Assembly (NCBI GenBank): GCA_031431215.1
Contig: JANPCZ010000102.1
Location: 23,619 to 87,618, forward strand
Source: Myxococcales bacterium
Lineage (GTDB): Bacteria > Myxococcota_A > Polyangia > Fen-1088
Reading direction: 5' to 3'
DNA length: 64,000 nt
Part shown: one piece after another, positions 36,547-46,902 of the stretch
How the letters are laid out: each line of letters opens with the position of its first letter
Position numbering within the stretch: the first letter of the stretch is position 1
Translations under genes and position numbers: made by a program
The notes under the pieces: model-generated
Seen by the model: the letters and a program-made list of their open reading frames with translations, nothing else
Database searches by the model: none
Told to the model about the DNA's origin: nothing

Positions 36547-38772
36547 TTGAGACTCCTCCTGCTCATCGCGGTGCTGCGGGCGCAAGCACCGCAAGTGCCA
36601 ACCGCCGTCGAGCGCGCTGCCGCTGAACCGGTGCCCGCGGTTGATCCGGTGCCGGCAGCTGATCCGGCGCCCGCCCCGGCCGCCCCGCTGCCGCCGGCAC
36701 CGAAGCCTCGTGGTCGGATGCGCGGGCTCGTGGTGGCCAAGGGCGTGCGGGATGCCCTGGTGGGCGTGTCGGTCGCAATCGACGCGGTTCCTGCCGGAGA
36801 GACCGACGTCACGGGGCGTTTCGACATCGAGTTGGACCAGGGCGGCCACCGCCTGCTCCTGCAGTTCCCGGGCTACGACCCGCTCGAAGTGGCGGCCGAC
36901 GTGGGCCCTGACGGAGCCGCGGGCGGGGTGCCTGAGCGGACCTTCCGGCTTGTGCCCCGGCAGAGCGGCGAGCGCTACGAATCGGTGATCATCGCGCCGG
37001 ATCTGCAGGCACCCAAGACGTCCCTGCGCGGGGCGGAGATCACCCGCACCCCGGGCTCGTTCGGTGATCCGTTTCGCACCATCGAATCGCTGCCCGGCGT
37101 GTCGCAGGTGGTGTGGCCTCTGTCGATCTACGCCATCCGCGGTGCCAATCCCGGCAACACCGGATTCATCGTCGATGGTGTCCGACTGCCGGGGTTGTTT
37201 CACTTCGCGCTCGGTCCTTCGGTCATCCACCCGTTCTTCTTGCAGCAGATCGACTTCTACCCGGGTGGCTACCCGGCCCGATACGGCCGCTACATCTCCG
37301 GCATCGTCGCGGCGCGCACCCAGACGCCGGGTACGGATCGCGTGCACGCTTCGGCTGACGCCCGTCTGTTCGATGCGGGTGGCATCGTGGCCGCGCCGTG
37401 GGACGAGGGCCGTGGGGCGGTCGCCGTGGCGGGGCGTTACTCGTATACCGGCCTGCTGTTCTCGAACCTGCAGAAAAATGCCGATCTCGGCTACTGGGAT
37501 TACCAGGCGCGCGCCCATCACACACTCGGGCCGGGACGCGTGACCGCGTTTGCGTTTGGATCGTCAGACGAACTCGCCCTGAACCTCGACGATGGGAGAC
37601 AAGTGGCGCGCAGCCAGTTTCATCGGCTTGATCTGCGCTGGGACGGGGTGCTCGCAGGTGGGCGGGTCACGGTCGCGGCGGTGGGCGGTCGCGACACCTC
37701 GGCTGCGTCGATAAAGCAGCTCAACAACCTACCCATCCGGGCCCAGGGCTGGAGCTTCGCGCCGCGAGCGGGCTACCTGCGGCCGCTGGCCTCGTGGCTC
37801 GATGCCGAGGCCGGCGTCGATGGCGAAGTGCAGTGGTTTCGGCCCCACTCTGATCGCCCCGACGTTGAGCAGCAGGATCTGTTCCGCCAGCGGCGCGTGC
37901 TGTCGGGCGGTGGCTACCTGACCATGGAGGCTCGGGCCGGCTCGCGCCTGGTGGTCTCGCCCGGCATGCGGGTGGACGCCTTCGTCGAGAAGGGCATCAC
38001 GAAGTACGAGCCCGAGCCGCGGCTGCAGGTTCGCTTTCGTCCTGGCGGCGATGTGTGGCTCAAGGCCACCGCGGGTCGCTTCGCGCAGATGGCGAGTCTG
38101 CCGGTATCGATTCCGGGGTTCGAAGGATTCGGCCTCGACGAGTTCGGTACGCAAACGTCGCTGCAGGGTTCGAGCGGCGTCGAAGTGGGGCTGGGGGAGT
38201 ACCTGTCGGTGGACGCGACCGGCTTTTTCCAGCGCTTGCGACTGACCGACCTGCGCAGCACCTTCGCGACCGACATCACCAAGGAGGATCTGCTGGAGGT
38301 GCGCGACGGCGAGAGTTACGGCGCCGAGTTGCTCATCCGTCGTCCGAGCCGCCACCGCCTCAATGGCTGGATCGCTTACACGCTGTCGTGGAGCCAGCGT
38401 CTGGTCGAGGGCCAGTTGGTCCCGTCGGACTGGGACCAGCGCCACATCCTGAACGTGGTCGGATCGTACCGCTTCGACCGGGGCTGGTCGGCGGGCGCTC
38501 GAGTTCACTACAACACCGGCCGGCCGTACCCGGTCTACGACCAGCGCTCGACCCGCGTCGACTACATGCGCATCCCCGATTTCTATCAGCTCGATCTACG
38601 TGGCGACAAACGCTTCGTGTTCGATCGCTACGTGCTGGACGTGTATCTCGAGCTCGTGAACACGACGCTGACGCGTCAGATCGTCGATATCAAGCGCACC
38701 CCCGACGGCACCCTCGATCGGAAGGGCTTCCGGATCGTGCTGCCGTCAATCGGCGTTCACGCCGAGTGGTAA
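36547..38772 (+). CDS. TonB-dependent outer-membrane receptor-like protein (CarboxypepD_reg-like N-domain, plug, β-barrel)
   Basis: 'GDPFRTIESLPGVSQ' is a plug-domain motif. A carboxypeptidase-regulatory-like segment precedes it. β-barrel pattern with terminal aromatic '...HAEW'. Confidence 0.65.
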   Translation: MRLLLLIAVLRAQAPQVPTAVERAAAEPVPAVDPVPAADPAPAPAAPLPPAPKPRGRMRGLVVAKGVRDALVGVSVAIDAVPAGETDVTGRFDIELDQGGHRLLLQFPGYDPLEVAADVGPDGAAGGVPERTFRLVPRQSGERYESVIIAPDLQAPKTSLRGAEITRTPGSFGDPFRTIESLPGVSQVVWPLSIYAIRGANPGNTGFIVDGVRLPGLFHFALGPSVIHPFFLQQIDFYPGGYPARYGRYISGIVAARTQTPGTDRVHASADARLFDAGGIVAAPWDEGRGAVAVAGRYSYTGLLFSNLQKNADLGYWDYQARAHHTLGPGRVTAFAFGSSDELALNLDDGRQVARSQFHRLDLRWDGVLAGGRVTVAAVGGRDTSAASIKQLNNLPIRAQGWSFAPRAGYLRPLASWLDAEAGVDGEVQWFRPHSDRPDVEQQDLFRQRRVLSGGGYLTMEARAGSRLVVSPGMRVDAFVEKGITKYEPEPRLQVRFRPGGDVWLKATAGRFAQMASLPVSIPGFEGFGLDEFGTQTSLQGSSGVEVGLGEYLSVDATGFFQRLRLTDLRSTFATDITKEDLLEVRDGESYGAELLIRRPSRHRLNGWIAYTLSWSQRLVEGQLVPSDWDQRHILNVVGSYRFDRGWSAGARVHYNTGRPYPVYDQRSTRVDYMRIPDFYQLDLRGDKRFVFDRYVLDVYLELVNTTLTRQIVDIKRTPDGTLDRKGFRIVLPSIGVHAEW

Positions 38773-38826
38773 GCAGGCATGGCGCCAGCGCCAGGTGGTA
38801 AGTTATGCGCCTCAAGCGAGGTATGA

Positions 38827-39750
38827 ATGACACGCAAGCTTGGCTTTCTGATTGTGCTGACTGCATCCACGCTGGCGACGGGGCCGGCCCGGGCTAGTGA
38901 TGTGCACGGCTTCTACGCCGCGGTCACCCGTGTGATGCAGGAACCAGCCGCCGACCCGAAGGAGATCTGGATCTTCGGCGCGTTCGCGGTCTCGGGCGAT
39001 TTTGGCACCGGCGACGACTACACCCAGCGCGCCACCGGCTATCTGCGGTTCTCGTGCCCGGCGGGTCAGGACGCGGTGTGCAAGCTGGAATGGAAGGACA
39101 TCGCGGCCGCGGCCGGTACCGTCAACTGTGTGGGCTTCGGGGCGCGCGCTCGCCTCCAGGCCAGGGTGCGGACCAACCCGGCCGCCGATCCAGGCGCCGA
39201 GCCCTACCCGGTGAACGGCATCGGTGTGATAAGCACCGCCTCTGGCCCCGGTGGTGGTGGTGGGATCTGTCCTGGCTTGCGCATGCTGTCCGCCGAAGCC
39301 GACGGCGGCGCGCCAGACGACGCCATGACCGGCGATGGTGCACCACCGGACGCGGTCGCTCGCGACGGTGCGAATGACGTCGCATCGACCGATGCTGCCG
39401 GCGCTGACGCCACCGCCACCGATGCGACGCGGGCAGAGGTGGCCGCAAGCGACAGCGCCATCGCCGATGGCGGGCGCGACAACGCCGCGACCGATGCGGG
39501 CGGCGATGTCCCGGCGATCGTGGCGCCGCCGCCGCGCGATGCCGCCACTGACGCGGCCCTGGACGGCGGCACCACGTTGGACGCTCGGCCGAGCATAGAA
39601 GCCCGCGACGACAACACCGTCAACGGCAAGGCCGACAGCGGTTGCGACTGCGCGCTGGGCCGTCGACGTGTGGGTGGCCGGGGCGCGATCCTGCTAGTGC
39701 TTGCCGGGGCCGGCGTCTTGGGCATGGCCCGGCGTCGTCGGGTTCGCTAG
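38827..39750 (+). CDS. Secreted protein with a MYXO-CTERM sorting tag
   Basis: Signal peptide. An acidic Ala/Asp/Gly-rich region. C-terminal 'DSGCDCALGRRRVGGRGAILLVLAGAGVLGMARRRRVR' is the GCxC, hydrophobic, Arg-rich tag. Confidence 0.55.
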   Translation: MTRKLGFLIVLTASTLATGPARASDVHGFYAAVTRVMQEPAADPKEIWIFGAFAVSGDFGTGDDYTQRATGYLRFSCPAGQDAVCKLEWKDIAAAAGTVNCVGFGARARLQARVRTNPAADPGAEPYPVNGIGVISTASGPGGGGGICPGLRMLSAEADGGAPDDAMTGDGAPPDAVARDGANDVASTDAAGADATATDATRAEVAASDSAIADGGRDNAATDAGGDVPAIVAPPPRDAATDAALDGGTTLDARPSIEARDDNTVNGKADSGCDCALGRRRVGGRGAILLVLAGAGVLGMARRRRVR

Positions 39751-41607
39751 CTGACCGCCGGCCTTCACCCACGCCCGTCGCGCCGCGGACCAGGCGGTCA
39801 GGGCCGTGACGTAGCGGGCGGCGCGCTCGGGTTGCGCTGCCGCGGTGTCGGTTCGTTCGTCGGGATCGAGCGTCAGATCGTAAAGCCGGGTGCGGCCTGC
39901 TACCGGGTCGTGCAGCAGTTTCCAGCGGTCCTCGCGCAGGCCGAGGCGAGTTTCGGCCCAGTCGGTGAAGAAGCGTGCCACCCGCGGACGGCCGTCCAGC
40001 AACGATTGACCCTCGATGGTCGCGCTCACCGGCAACCCGGCAAGCTCCAGCAGAGTGGGCGCAATGTCGATGACGCTGGCGATCTGGGGTGCGCGCACGC
40101 CGGCCAACAGACCGGGCGCTGCGATCACGAACGGCACGCGGACGTTTTCTTCGTACAGGAAGATGCTGTGGCCAACGTTGGCCTCGTGCTGTCGGAAAGC
40201 CTCGCCGTGGTCACCGTAGAGCAGCCACAAGGTCCGATCGCCGAGCCCGCGGTGTTCGACGCCGTCGATGAGTGCGCCCAGCGCCCGATCCCCGCGCCAC
40301 AGATCGTTGCGGTAACGATCGATCTCGTCGGCGACCGGAAAGGGGCCGGTGAGGGGTGGCCCGGGCGACGAATACGGGTGGTGGCCGGCGATGGGCAGGT
40401 AGAACGCCAGGAAATTGCGGTCGCGGGGTGTCTCGTCGATGAACGTCAGCACGCGCTTTGCGGTTGCGAGATCGTCGGTGCCGAAGCTCGACTCGTGGAC
40501 GCCGCCCACGCAGCCGGCGTCGCACAGCACATCGAACCGCCGGCCGCGCACGATGTGCTCCATGCCGAGGTAGAGAAATCGCCCCGAGTGAAACAGCCCG
40601 GTCCGGTAGTGAGCCGCAGCGAAGCTCGCGGGAAGTCCCGCGCACGGCAGACGGTCGGCGGCGTAGTCGACGGCCTCGGTGTTGGGCGCTGGGGCGGCGC
40701 CGCACAGCACCGCCCACAGGCCCTTGATGCTCTCCGGATAGGCCGCGTACGCGTACTCGAACACCACCCCGCTGCGCGCCAGACGTGACAGGTTGGGCAT
40801 GGCATCGGGGCTCGCGCCATGCAGGCCCAGGTAGCGCGCTCCGGTCGATTCGAGCGCAACGACGATGATGTTGCGCCCGCGGGCGGCACCGCGCAGGAAC
40901 GACAGATCGCGCGCCGGGCCCTCGGCGACGGCCGCGTCCGCGGTGCGGTCACGATCGGTCGCGCCACCGCCCGAGCGCCGGACGGCGAGGCTGCTGACCA
41001 GCAGAGTGATCAAGGCGTTGCCGTGCAGGCCGGCGGGATCGATTCGCCGCCGCGCGATTCGCCCCGCGGTGACCAGCCCCAGAGCCGCAACCACCAGCAC
41101 CACGGCGGTGATCGGTGTGCGCGCCAAGCGGGCACGTCGTCCGACAACCAGGCTGACCGCCGCGGCTCCGATGACCAGCAGCATCGCGATGACGTTTGCG
41201 ACGGTCACATAGGACAAGATCGAGTCCGCCATCGCGCCACCGGTACCGCCGAGAAGCTGATAGGTCAGCGGCGTCGACAAAACGCGTGCGACAGGTACGT
41301 TGATGGCGACGAAGCCGGTCAGCGCGGCGTAGGCGACGATCAGCATGCGGGCGCCGGCTCTTGGGAGGAACTTCCCTACCGCAGCCGCCAGTAGCCCACA
41401 TCCGAGCGCCGCGACGGCGTCCTCGGAAAACAGCAAGGGCAGGGCCCACGGTGAACGCAACCAGGCGCCGCCACCGTCGGTGAGGCGCAAGACGACCAGT
41501 GCGAGTTTGGCAGCAGCGAACACCGCCGCGACGGCGAGAAAGGCGCGGCCGAACGCCTCGTGGAGCGGGATCCTCGCGGGGGCCTTGGCCCGGTTCTGGT
41601 TCGTCAT
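39694..41607 (-). CDS. Membrane-anchored sulfatase/alkaline-phosphatase-superfamily transferase (LtaS/MdoB/EptA-like)
   Basis: About 5 N-terminal TM helices, then 'NIIVVALESTGARY' (the LtaS-type metal/nucleophile block) and 'LYGDHGE'. The 3' end overlaps the convergent MYXO-CTERM gene by 57 nt. Confidence 0.65.
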   Translation of the reverse strand: MTNQNRAKAPARIPLHEAFGRAFLAVAAVFAAAKLALVVLRLTDGGGAWLRSPWALPLLFSEDAVAALGCGLLAAAVGKFLPRAGARMLIVAYAALTGFVAINVPVARVLSTPLTYQLLGGTGGAMADSILSYVTVANVIAMLLVIGAAAVSLVVGRRARLARTPITAVVLVVAALGLVTAGRIARRRIDPAGLHGNALITLLVSSLAVRRSGGGATDRDRTADAAVAEGPARDLSFLRGAARGRNIIVVALESTGARYLGLHGASPDAMPNLSRLARSGVVFEYAYAAYPESIKGLWAVLCGAAPAPNTEAVDYAADRLPCAGLPASFAAAHYRTGLFHSGRFLYLGMEHIVRGRRFDVLCDAGCVGGVHESSFGTDDLATAKRVLTFIDETPRDRNFLAFYLPIAGHHPYSSPGPPLTGPFPVADEIDRYRNDLWRGDRALGALIDGVEHRGLGDRTLWLLYGDHGEAFRQHEANVGHSIFLYEENVRVPFVIAAPGLLAGVRAPQIASVIDIAPTLLELAGLPVSATIEGQSLLDGRPRVARFFTDWAETRLGLREDRWKLLHDPVAGRTRLYDLTLDPDERTDTAAAQPERAARYVTALTAWSAARRAWVKAGGQLANPTTPGHAQDAGPGKH

Positions 41608-41720
41608 CGATCGTGTTTCCGAGGGTCGGAAAATCCTGCGCGTCTCCGCCGGGTTCGCGCTAGCGCCTTCCGACGGGTCGGCATGCCAGAAGCCGACAAA
41701 AAGTTATCTGAGGTTTATTC

Positions 41721-41750
41721 TTGACCCGCGTTCGACGGTCAGACTATATG
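41721..41750 (+). promoter_or_regulatory. Sigma-70-like promoter upstream of the act operon: -35 TTGACC, 17–18 nt spacer, -10 CTATAT/TATATG
   Basis: TTGACC at 41721–41726 and TATAT(G) at 41744–41750, inside an AT-enriched island 14 nt upstream of the actA start codon. Confidence 0.4.
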
Positions 41751-41763
41751 CACGCCAGCCGAC

Positions 41764-42414
41764 ATGGCGTCCCTGTTTCGCCCGCATCACAACGTACTCG
41801 CCCGACTGTCGCTATTGTTGCTTGCGGGCGGTGCTGTGGGCGGTCTCGGTGGTGTGTTCTTCTACGTGCGCAGCCCGCTTGCGCGTGGCATGCAGGATCC
41901 GATCGAGCAGCCCATCCAGTTCGATCATCGCCACCACACCCGCGACGAGGGCATCGACTGCCGTTTTTGCCACAACACCGTCGAGAAGTCGCCACATGCC
42001 GGCATTCCAGAGACGCAGCTGTGTCTCAACTGCCATTCCCAGATCTGGAACCAGAGCCCGCTGCTTGAGCCCGTGCGCAAGAGCTTCTTCGAGGGCCGGC
42101 CTATCAATTGGAAGAAAGTGAACGACGTCCCCGACTTCGTCTATTTCAACCACTCGATCCACGTCGCCAAGGGCGTCGGCTGCGTCACCTGTCACGGCCG
42201 GGTCGATCTGATGCCCGCGGTCGAGAAGGCCAACCCGCTGACCATGAGCTGGTGCCTGGACTGCCACCGGAATCCCGAGAAGAACCTGCGACCGGTTTCC
42301 GAGGTCACCAACATGGAATGGAAGCCCGAGGGTGATCCGGTGGAAGTCGGCCACGCGCTCAAGGAACAGAACCAGGTCCTCACGCGCACGAGCTGCACCA
42401 CGTGTCACCGGTGA
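41764..42414 (+). CDS. actA: Alternative complex III subunit A, pentahaem c-type cytochrome
   Basis: Five CxxCH motifs (CRFCH, CLNCH, CVTCH, CLDCH, CTTCH) after an N-terminal TM anchor. Confidence 0.85.
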   Translation: MASLFRPHHNVLARLSLLLLAGGAVGGLGGVFFYVRSPLARGMQDPIEQPIQFDHRHHTRDEGIDCRFCHNTVEKSPHAGIPETQLCLNCHSQIWNQSPLLEPVRKSFFEGRPINWKKVNDVPDFVYFNHSIHVAKGVGCVTCHGRVDLMPAVEKANPLTMSWCLDCHRNPEKNLRPVSEVTNMEWKPEGDPVEVGHALKEQNQVLTRTSCTTCHR

Positions 42415-42421
42415 TCCAATC

Positions 42422-45400
42422 ATGAGCCACCATCAAAGCGCGGGCAGCGAGAGACGATCGGGCGCGTTGACCATCGTCAAGCGGGTGGACCCGCCGCGAT
42501 TCTGGCGCAGCCTGGAGGCGCGTTCGCGTTCCCCTGAGTTGATCGAGGCCAGCAAGGGCGAGTTTCCGCAGGGTGCCGACCAGCTGGCGGACGAGCCCTC
42601 CCGCCGCAGCTTCATGCAGCTGGTGGGCGCATCGACAGCGCTGGTGGGCGCGGCCGCCTGCCAGCGGCCCAACCAGAAGATTTACCCGTACGTCAGGCGC
42701 CCGCCCGAGGTGACCCCGGGCAACCCGCTGCACTTCGCCACCGCATATTCGCTTGAAGGCTACGCGCGCGGGCTCGTGGTCGAGAGCCACGGCGGCCGGC
42801 CGACGAAGATCGAGGGCAACTCCGATCATCCCGATAGCCTCGGCGCCACCACTGCGCTCGACCAAGCGTTGATCCTGGGCCTCTACGATGACAACCGCGC
42901 CCGGCAGATCACCCACCGGCGCGAGCCTGGCCTGGGCCCGGAGCCTGCGGCGTGGCGGTCGATTCTCGTGATGATCGCCGAGCGCTCCGAGAAGCTGGCG
43001 CAGAAGAACGGCGCGGGCTTGCGTTTCCTGGTCGATCCGAGTGCGTCGCCGCTGCAGGCTGATCTGCGCGCACGCCTGTCCGAACGCTTCCCGCAAGCCA
43101 AGTTCGTAGCGTTCTCGGCCGTCGCCGCCGAGGGTGCGGCCCTGGGCAACAAGCTCGCGTTCGGAAGGCCGCTGGAGACGCGCCACGATCTCGCGCAAGC
43201 GCAGGTGATCCTGGCACTCGACGCCGATTTCCTGGGCGACGGGCCCGAGCAGGTGAAGCTGTCGCGCCAGTTCGGTGCAAGCCGTACCCCCGGGCCGGCA
43301 ATGAGTCGGCTTTACGTCGCCGAGCCGTGTTTCACTCCCACCGGTATGCTGGCCGATCACCGTCTGCGCCTCCGCGGCTCGGAGATCCTGGCGCTGGCCC
43401 AGGCGCTCGTGGTCGAGTTGGCCAAGCAGCCGGGCCTCGACGGCCTGGCACCTCTGGCCGGGCTGCCTCGTGCCGCCGCCTCGGTGGACGCCAGGTGGGT
43501 GGCGGCGCTCGCGAAGGATCTGGCGCGTACCCGCGGCAAGTGCGCCATCATCGCGGGCCGACGGCAGCCCGCCGCAGTGCACGCGCTGGCGGCGGCGATG
43601 AACAGCGCGCTCCGCAACGTCGGCGCGACCGTCAACTACGCGACGCCACTGGCGATCGACGGCGGTGTCGAGGCGCTACGGGGCCTGGTCGAGGACATCG
43701 CCGCTGGCACGGTCGACACGCTGGTCATCACGGCGAAGAATCCGGTGTTTGGCGCGCCGGCTGACTTCAAGTTCGACAAGCTGCTGGCCCGGGTGCCCTT
43801 GTCGATCTACTGCGGGATGGCCGAGGACGAGACGTCGGCTGCGGTCACGACCTTCGTGCCAGTGGCGCACAGCCTGGAATCCTGGGGCGACGGCCGCGCG
43901 CTCGACGGCACCGTCTCGATCATCCAGCCGCTCATCCACCCGCTTTGGAGCCAGGTCACCGACACCGACGTCACCGCCGCTTTTCTGGGCGAGGGTGACA
44001 AGGGCAGCCACGATCTCCTGACTACATTCTGGAAAAAACGCGCGATCGGCAGCGGCTGGGCCACCGACGTCAGTTTCGACGGCTTGTGGGAATCGTGGCT
44101 CGCCAAGGGTGTCGTCGATCGCACGGCTGCGCAGCCCGAATCGGGTCTGGCCACGAACCCGGGCGCGCTTGCGGGTGCACTCGCGCCGCTGGTGGCGAAG
44201 GCGGTCAAGGGCGACAGCATCGAGATCGGCTTCGCGGTGTGCCCCAAGGTTTTCGACGGCCGCTACGCCAACAATGCCTGGCTGCAGGAACTGCCCCACC
44301 CGGTAACCAAGATCACCTGGGACAACGCGGTTCTGATGTCGAAGGCCACGGCGGCACGCCTGAACGTCGAGACTGGTGATGTGGTGCGGATCGAGGCGGG
44401 TGATCGCCACGTGACCGGGCCCGCGTACATCCAGCCTGGCCACGCTGACGAGGCGGTGACCGTGGCGTTAGGCTACGGACGCACCGTGGCAGGTAAGCTC
44501 GCCAAGGGTGTCGGCTTCAATGCGGCGGCACTGCGCGACAGCGCTTCGCCCTGGTTCGCGCGCGGCGTGAATCTGGCCCGCACAAGCCGCACCATCCGCT
44601 TCGGCATCACCCAGGACCACTGGGACATGGAGGGCCGTGACCCGGTGATCGTCGCGACGCTGGCCGAGTTCCACAAAGAGGGCTCCCACGTCAACGAGAA
44701 GCTGGAGCAACAGCGCCGGCCGCTCGAGACCATTCACGAGCCGGTCGATTACAGCCAGCAGCCTTACAAGTGGGCGATGGCCATCGACCTGTCGAAGTGC
44801 TCGGGCTGCAACGCGTGCGTCGTCGCGTGTGTGTCCGAGAACAACATCCCCATCGTCGGCCGCGAGAACGTGCGCATCGGCCGCGAGATGCAGTGGCTGC
44901 GGCTCGACCGCTACTACGAGGGGCCGGTCGAGGATCCTGAGGTCGTGGTGCAGCCGGTGATGTGCATGCACTGCGAGGCCGCGCCGTGCGAGTACGTCTG
45001 CCCGGTCAACGCCACCGTGCACAGCGATGAAGGCCTCAACGAGATGGTCTACAACCGCTGCGTCGGCACGCGCTACTGCAACAACAACTGCCCGTACAAG
45101 GTCAGGCGCTTCAACTTCCTCGACTACCACAAGGAGCCCTCGCACGTAGACAAGATGGCGACCAACCCGGACGTCACCGTGCGCAGCCGCGGCATCATGG
45201 AGAAGTGCACCTATTGCGTGCAACGCATCGAGCGCAAGCGCATCGACGCTCGGGTCGAGGGCCGCAAGATCGCGGATGGCGAGATCGTCACGGCGTGCCA
45301 GCAGGTCTGTCCCACCGGCGCAATTGATTTTGGGTCGCTCAACGATCCCGGTGCGCGCGTGACCGCACTGCACGCCGATCCGCGCCGTTACAATTTGCTG

Positions 45401-45472
45401 CACGAGATCGGCACCCGCCCGCGCACCGCCTACCTGGCGCGTATCCGCAACCCCAACCCGGAGCTCGCCTGA
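42422..45472 (+). CDS. actB: Alternative complex III subunit B (molybdopterin-oxidoreductase-like domain fused to a 4Fe-4S ferredoxin domain)
   Basis: Tat signal 'SRRSFMQLVGASTALVGAAAC'. ~1000 aa. The C-terminal region has several Cys clusters 'CSGCNACVVAC' and 'CMHCEAAPCEYVCP'. Confidence 0.85.
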   Translation: MSHHQSAGSERRSGALTIVKRVDPPRFWRSLEARSRSPELIEASKGEFPQGADQLADEPSRRSFMQLVGASTALVGAAACQRPNQKIYPYVRRPPEVTPGNPLHFATAYSLEGYARGLVVESHGGRPTKIEGNSDHPDSLGATTALDQALILGLYDDNRARQITHRREPGLGPEPAAWRSILVMIAERSEKLAQKNGAGLRFLVDPSASPLQADLRARLSERFPQAKFVAFSAVAAEGAALGNKLAFGRPLETRHDLAQAQVILALDADFLGDGPEQVKLSRQFGASRTPGPAMSRLYVAEPCFTPTGMLADHRLRLRGSEILALAQALVVELAKQPGLDGLAPLAGLPRAAASVDARWVAALAKDLARTRGKCAIIAGRRQPAAVHALAAAMNSALRNVGATVNYATPLAIDGGVEALRGLVEDIAAGTVDTLVITAKNPVFGAPADFKFDKLLARVPLSIYCGMAEDETSAAVTTFVPVAHSLESWGDGRALDGTVSIIQPLIHPLWSQVTDTDVTAAFLGEGDKGSHDLLTTFWKKRAIGSGWATDVSFDGLWESWLAKGVVDRTAAQPESGLATNPGALAGALAPLVAKAVKGDSIEIGFAVCPKVFDGRYANNAWLQELPHPVTKITWDNAVLMSKATAARLNVETGDVVRIEAGDRHVTGPAYIQPGHADEAVTVALGYGRTVAGKLAKGVGFNAAALRDSASPWFARGVNLARTSRTIRFGITQDHWDMEGRDPVIVATLAEFHKEGSHVNEKLEQQRRPLETIHEPVDYSQQPYKWAMAIDLSKCSGCNACVVACVSENNIPIVGRENVRIGREMQWLRLDRYYEGPVEDPEVVVQPVMCMHCEAAPCEYVCPVNATVHSDEGLNEMVYNRCVGTRYCNNNCPYKVRRFNFLDYHKEPSHVDKMATNPDVTVRSRGIMEKCTYCVQRIERKRIDARVEGRKIADGEIVTACQQVCPTGAIDFGSLNDPGARVTALHADPRRYNLLHEIGTRPRTAYLARIRNPNPELA

Positions 45473-46902
45473 TGTCGGCCCCCGGTCACGCCCAGGGCAA
45501 TGATGCCGAGGTGGTGCTCGATCCCCTCGATCCACGCCCCTTCATCGAGGGCAAACAAACCGACAAGTCGCTCAACGACAGCCTCTTCCGGCACGTCTGG
45601 ATCGTCCCCGGCAAGGGCTGGCTGGCGCTGTTCACCGTGGCGCTATCGATGCTCGGGCTGCTCGGCCTCGCGCTTGGCTATACGCTCTACAAGGGGATCG
45701 GCGCCTGGGGTAACAACAACCCGGTCGGCTGGGCGTTCGACATCATCAACTTCGTGTGGTGGATCGGCATCGGTCACGCCGGCACGCTGATCTCGGCCAT
45801 TCTGCTGCTGTTCCAGCAGAAATGGCGTACGTCCATCAACCGCTTTGCCGAGGCCATGACCCTGTTCGCGGTCATGTGTGCCCTCATCTTCCCGATCTTC
45901 CACACCGGACGGCCGTGGTTCGCGGCGTACTGGCTGATGCCGTACCCAAGCGTGCAGGGCATCTGGCCGCAGTTCAAGAGCCCGCTGGTGTGGGACGTGT
46001 TCGCGGTATCGACCTATTTCACGATCTCGCTGTTGTTCTGGTACCTGGGCCTCATCCCTGACCTCGCGGCCCTGCGCGATTCATCCACCAGCAAGGCCAA
46101 GCGCACCATCTACGGCATGGCGGCCATGGGCTGGCGCAGCTCGGGGCGCCACTGGGCCGAGTACAAGTGGTCCTACCTGTTGCTGGCCGGAATCTCGACG
46201 CCGCTGGTGCTATCGGTGCACACCATCGTGTCGTTCGACTTCGCCACGTCGGTCTTGCCCGGTTGGCACACGACGATCTTCCCGCCGTACTTCGTCGCGG
46301 GCGCCATCTTCTCGGGCTTCGCGATGGTCATGACCTGGATGATCCCAGCCCGGCACTTCCTGGGCTTGAAGCACGTGGTGACCATGCGGCACCTCGAGAA
46401 CATGTGCAAGGTGATGCTGGCGACCGGGATGATGGTCTCGTACGGCTACATCATGGAGCACTTCATAGCCTGGTACAGCGGCAACCAGTACGAGTCCGAC
46501 ATGTTCTTCAAGGTGCGCTGGCAGGGCCCGTTCGCGCCCATCTTCTGGCTGATGGTGGTGTGCAACGTGGTCACGCCGCAGTTCTTCTGGTTCAAGAAGC
46601 TACGCACCAGCATCGTCTTCATGTGGTTCGCAGCCTTGGCCATCAACATCGGTATGTGGTGCGAGCGCTTCAACATCATCGTCACCGCCCTGCACCGTGA
46701 CTTCCTGCCGGCAAGCTGGGGCAACTACGCGCCGACCTGGGTCGACTTCTGCCTGTTCACCGGCACCATCGGCCTGTTCTCGACGCTGTTCCTGCTGTTC
46801 CTGAAGTTTGTACCGGCCGTGGCGGTCACCGAGATCAAGGAACTGCGCCACGACACCGAGCACGAGACCCACGCAGCGGCCGCCGGGGGAATTCACCCGT
46901 GA
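45472..46902 (+). CDS. actC: Alternative complex III subunit C (NrfD/PsrC-family quinol-interacting membrane subunit)
   Basis: About 10 TM helices with NrfD-like topology. Immediately follows actB with a TGATG overlap. Confidence 0.85.
   Translation: MSAPGHAQGNDAEVVLDPLDPRPFIEGKQTDKSLNDSLFRHVWIVPGKGWLALFTVALSMLGLLGLALGYTLYKGIGAWGNNNPVGWAFDIINFVWWIGIGHAGTLISAILLLFQQKWRTSINRFAEAMTLFAVMCALIFPIFHTGRPWFAAYWLMPYPSVQGIWPQFKSPLVWDVFAVSTYFTISLLFWYLGLIPDLAALRDSSTSKAKRTIYGMAAMGWRSSGRHWAEYKWSYLLLAGISTPLVLSVHTIVSFDFATSVLPGWHTTIFPPYFVAGAIFSGFAMVMTWMIPARHFLGLKHVVTMRHLENMCKVMLATGMMVSYGYIMEHFIAWYSGNQYESDMFFKVRWQGPFAPIFWLMVVCNVVTPQFFWFKKLRTSIVFMWFAALAINIGMWCERFNIIVTALHRDFLPASWGNYAPTWVDFCLFTGTIGLFSTLFLLFLKFVPAVAVTEIKELRHDTEHETHAAAAGGIHP

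Noticed and set aside
41677-41697. GTCGGC-N9-GCCGAC hairpin upstream of the act promoter considered as an intrinsic terminator for the divergent LtaS-like gene
   Set aside because: That gene is transcribed away from this site, and no T-run follows on either strand. More likely an operator; it is mentioned under the act operon finding.
42380-45535. − strand ORFs of 400 and 355 aa antisense to actB
   Set aside because: GC-rich antisense artefacts. actB has a Tat signal and Fe-S Cys clusters.
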